A stretch of DNA of 64,000 nt from a candidate division FCPU426 bacterium (GTDB taxonomy: Bacteria > Oederibacteriota > Muellerivitia > Muellerivitales > Muellerivitaceae): contig CAWCKJ010000003.1 of assembly GCA_963796105.1 (NCBI GenBank), positions 288,001-352,000 on the forward strand, written 5' to 3'. Shown here piece by piece: positions 61,301-64,000 of this stretch. Numbering within the stretch: position 1 is the stretch's first letter; each line of letters starts with the position of its first letter. A program made the translations under genes and the position numbers. A model generated the notes under the pieces. It had not been told where the DNA came from, searched no databases, and was given only the letters and a program-made list of their open reading frames with translations.

Positions 61301-62344
61301 TTGTATTTTGACGATTTCTCAAACAGGCTGAGAAAAAACTCCCTGCCAAGTCTTCTCCTTTTTTACGGTGATTCCGAGGGGGTCATTTTCGAGGGCTTGC
61401 AGGCCGTTAAAAAGGCCTTTCTCTCCGCCAATCCAACCGGCGCGATCGAGAATTTCGACGCCGTAGAGTCCGGCTTACCAAAGGTCCTTTCCGCAGCCCA
61501 AACCTCTTTCCTTTTCGCGTCCCTTCAATTGTTGGTCGTCAATAACGCGGAAAAAATCCTGGGAGGGCGTTCCGAGGAAGCGGTCAAGCAATTATCGTCC
61601 TATTGCGAAAACTTGAACACCACGACCCACCTGGTTTTCCTGGCGGAGGGAATGAGGAAAACAGCCAAAGTCGTTTCCTTAATCGAGAAAAACGGATGGG
61701 CCGTTCAATGCTCCGATATTCCCGAATGGAAAATTTCATCCTGGCTTCAAGAGCAATGCAAGGCGAAAGGCATTACTTTAAGCGACGAGGCCGCCAAGGA
61801 CCTTCTCTTGAAGATCGGGCCTAATATCTCCTTCCTTCAGCGGGCATTGGAGCATCTATCCATTTATCTTTATCCGGGCAAGAACGCGTCAGCCAAGGAC
61901 ATCCGTGACCTTCCCGCCCCGGGAATCGAATCGGAGATTTTCAGTCTTTTTGACGCGGCAGGAACGCGTCGGATCGAGAACGCCTTGAACCTATTCCAAC
62001 AAATCGGCAGTGGTGCCGAGTCAGGCGTCCTGACGATGCTTTATGGAAGGATGAGGGACCTGCTTCAAATATCCATTGGAAGGTCGGAAGGCCTTGATCC
62101 AAGCGCTTTGACCAGCAAATTGGGCATCCACCCCTTCCGGCTCAAGAACCTTTGGAGCCAAAGCGAAAGATATTCCACGGAAGAATTGAAAAGGTTCATG
62201 AAAAAATTGATCTACCTGCAGTTTGGGGTCGTGACGGGTCGATTGGGGAAAGAAGTCGTGGGGCCGGCAATAGAAAATTGGATTTTAAGTTTAAACCGGA
62301 AAAACGCACTCGGATCAAGTGTTTCAAAGGGCTCCAAAACCTAG
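61301..62344 (+). CDS. holA: DNA polymerase III delta subunit
   Basis: LLFYG, SFLFA..LLVV, IFSLFDA, LGIHPF; lies between lptE and rpsT. Confidence 0.85.
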   Translation: MYFDDFSNRLRKNSLPSLLLFYGDSEGVIFEGLQAVKKAFLSANPTGAIENFDAVESGLPKVLSAAQTSFLFASLQLLVVNNAEKILGGRSEEAVKQLSSYCENLNTTTHLVFLAEGMRKTAKVVSLIEKNGWAVQCSDIPEWKISSWLQEQCKAKGITLSDEAAKDLLLKIGPNISFLQRALEHLSIYLYPGKNASAKDIRDLPAPGIESEIFSLFDAAGTRRIENALNLFQQIGSGAESGVLTMLYGRMRDLLQISIGRSEGLDPSALTSKLGIHPFRLKNLWSQSERYSTEELKRFMKKLIYLQFGVVTGRLGKEVVGPAIENWILSLNRKNALGSSVSKGSKT

Positions 62345-62357
62345 TAGCCCTTCTTGA

Positions 62358-62621
62358 TTACGCCTTTTTAAACTTTTTGTGAACCATGATGGAAAGGCGG
62401 GATTTGTGCCGGGAAGCGTTCTTTCGCTTGATGACATCCTTGGAGCAGGCTTGGTCCAAAACCTTCATGGCCAAAACCAGGTTCTTTTTGGCTTCTTCTT
62501 CGGTCTTGGACATGCGGACGGATTTGATGATAGTGCGGATTTTATTTTTCAAAGCGGAGTTGCGGGCTGTTCTTCTTTTCGTCCGTCGGATATCCTTCAT
62601 CGAAGATTTGATAATCGGCAT
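62358..62621 (-). CDS. rpsT: 30S ribosomal protein S20
   Basis: MPIIKSS.K..R....R..RN, K.VI..KNASRHKSRL. Confidence 0.95.
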   Translation of the reverse strand: MPIIKSSMKDIRRTKRRTARNSALKNKIRTIIKSVRMSKTEEEAKKNLVLAMKVLDQACSKDVIKRKNASRHKSRLSIMVHKKFKKA

Positions 62622-62693
62622 GAATCCTCCAAAAATTGTGACAGAATGCGAAACGGGGGCATATGGTAAACAAAGTGCGGGGAACTGTCAATA

Positions 62694-64000
62694 ATGGTTA
62701 ATTCCGCTAGTCCATCCAGCGATGTGTCAAAGGAACCTCGTCATTTGGGGGGACATTTCCGTTTGGTTACCTTCGCCACTACCGTCAGCCGGGTGACTGG
62801 ATTTGTGAGGGACCAGCTGAACGCCGCCCTCTTTGGGGCCGGCTGGATGTCGGATGCCTATTTCATGGCCATCCGAATACCAAGCCTCTTAAGGGACTTA
62901 TTCGCGGAAGGCGCCCTCTCCAACGCCTTTGTCCCGGCATTCACCTCCCGCTTGAACGATAGGAAAGACGCCTGGAAATTGGCCTCACAGGTTTTCACTC
63001 TTCTCATGGTGGCGACAGGCCTGCTGTCGGCTCTTGGAATCCTGCTGGCTCCCCAGATCGTTTGGATCATCGCCCATGGATTCATTCCGAACCTGGATAA
63101 ATTTTCCCTGACCATCGAACTGACGAGAATTCTTTTTCCCGTCCTGGCCTTCGTGTCCCTGGCGGCCCTTTGGATGGGAACGCTCAATTCGCTCTATAAG
63201 TTCACATGGCCCGCTTTCGCTCCGGTTTTCATGAACCTCACCCAAATCGCCGCGGGATTTCTTCTTTTAAAAGTCTGGAAAGCGACAACTCCGGATGAGG
63301 AGCTGCGAAACGTCCGGCTTTGGGCCGCCTCCATGACCCTCGGCATGCTTTTACAGTGGCTGGTCCAGGTTCCGGCGGCCATCAGGCAGGGGGCCAAATT
63401 CAGGTGGATCTGGCCCCCCAATCACCCTGGCGTCAAGGAAATGCTGAGGTTGATGGGCCCGGCGGTGGTAAGCCAGTCCGTCCTGCAGGTCAATCTTCTG
63501 GTAAACCAGTTTTTCGCCTCGTTTCTCGCCACAGGTTTCGTGACTTACCTTTATTATGGAAATCGTCTCTTTCAACTGCCCTTCGGTATTCTAGGGGTTT
63601 CATTATCCACCGTTCTGTTTCCTCTCCTCTCCAGGCTTTTAAGCGAAGGAAAGAAAGAGGAGTTCGGCCAAACCTTAAGCCGTGGACTATCAGCCGGTTT
63701 GTTCATGATGATTCCTTGCACGGTTGGGATTTGGATAACGGCCCAAGCGGCTTGCCTTCTCGCTTTCCAGCACGGACGTTTCACACCGGAAGCGAGCCAG
63801 GCAACCGCCGAGGCGACCGCGATTTACGCCCTTGGTTTGGTGGGTTACACCGGAGTCAAAATTTTGCAGCCCGCGTTTTTCGCGGGCGGGAACTCCAAAA
63901 TTCCTCTTTCATCCTCTCTTTGCGCCATGCTGACCAATGCCGGCTTGAATTTCGCAGCTTTCCTGTTTGTCGCTGATTCCCATACGCGTTTTTGGGGGCT
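62694..64000 (+). CDS. murJ: lipid II flippase MurJ, runs off the window end (start 62694 or GTG 62724)
   Basis: SRVTGFVRD, FGAG..SDAY, RIPSLLRDLFAEGALSNAFVP, RLFQLPFG; divergent from rpsT. Confidence 0.95.
   Translation, partial: MVNSASPSSDVSKEPRHLGGHFRLVTFATTVSRVTGFVRDQLNAALFGAGWMSDAYFMAIRIPSLLRDLFAEGALSNAFVPAFTSRLNDRKDAWKLASQVFTLLMVATGLLSALGILLAPQIVWIIAHGFIPNLDKFSLTIELTRILFPVLAFVSLAALWMGTLNSLYKFTWPAFAPVFMNLTQIAAGFLLLKVWKATTPDEELRNVRLWAASMTLGMLLQWLVQVPAAIRQGAKFRWIWPPNHPGVKEMLRLMGPAVVSQSVLQVNLLVNQFFASFLATGFVTYLYYGNRLFQLPFGILGVSLSTVLFPLLSRLLSEGKKEEFGQTLSRGLSAGLFMMIPCTVGIWITAQAACLLAFQHGRFTPEASQATAEATAIYALGLVGYTGVKILQPAFFAGGNSKIPLSSSLCAMLTNAGLNFAAFLFVADSHTRFWG

Overview
Bacterial chromosomal window from a diderm organism (Skp, LptE-like and MurJ genes; ferredoxin-dependent 2-oxoacid oxidoreductases suggest anaerobic capacity). 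Two housekeeping blocks flank an accessory region. Left block (1-21.6 kb): dgt, argDFGH, lysA, dapAB, folK, panBCD, nadA, a PilGHI/Xap-like ABC trio, pfkB, xseA. Right block (42-64 kb): xseB, ispA, dxs, LysM-M23 peptidase, Vor/Kor and fused Ior oxidoreductases, recN, leuS, lptE, holA, rpsT, murJ. The ~20 kb between xseA and xseB holds skp, a Spy/CpxP-like gene, an RpoD-like sigma, an NHL lipoprotein, an IS3 inserted in a repeat-dense spacer, an AAA+ ATPase, a probable ISL3 relic, an array of decapitated Rhs cassettes and VapBC modules. Best candidate for an undescribed system: each complete Rhs cassette reads [Rhs core - variable lytic-transglycosylase-like tip - variable secreted immunity - constant pair of small secreted helical paralogs - terminator]. 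Second candidate: a family of nested, modular palindromic mini-elements, with filled and empty sites both visible in the window. Three apparent +1 frameshifts may be assembly errors. No rRNA, tRNA or CRISPR array was recognised. All family assignments come from motif recognition, not database searches.
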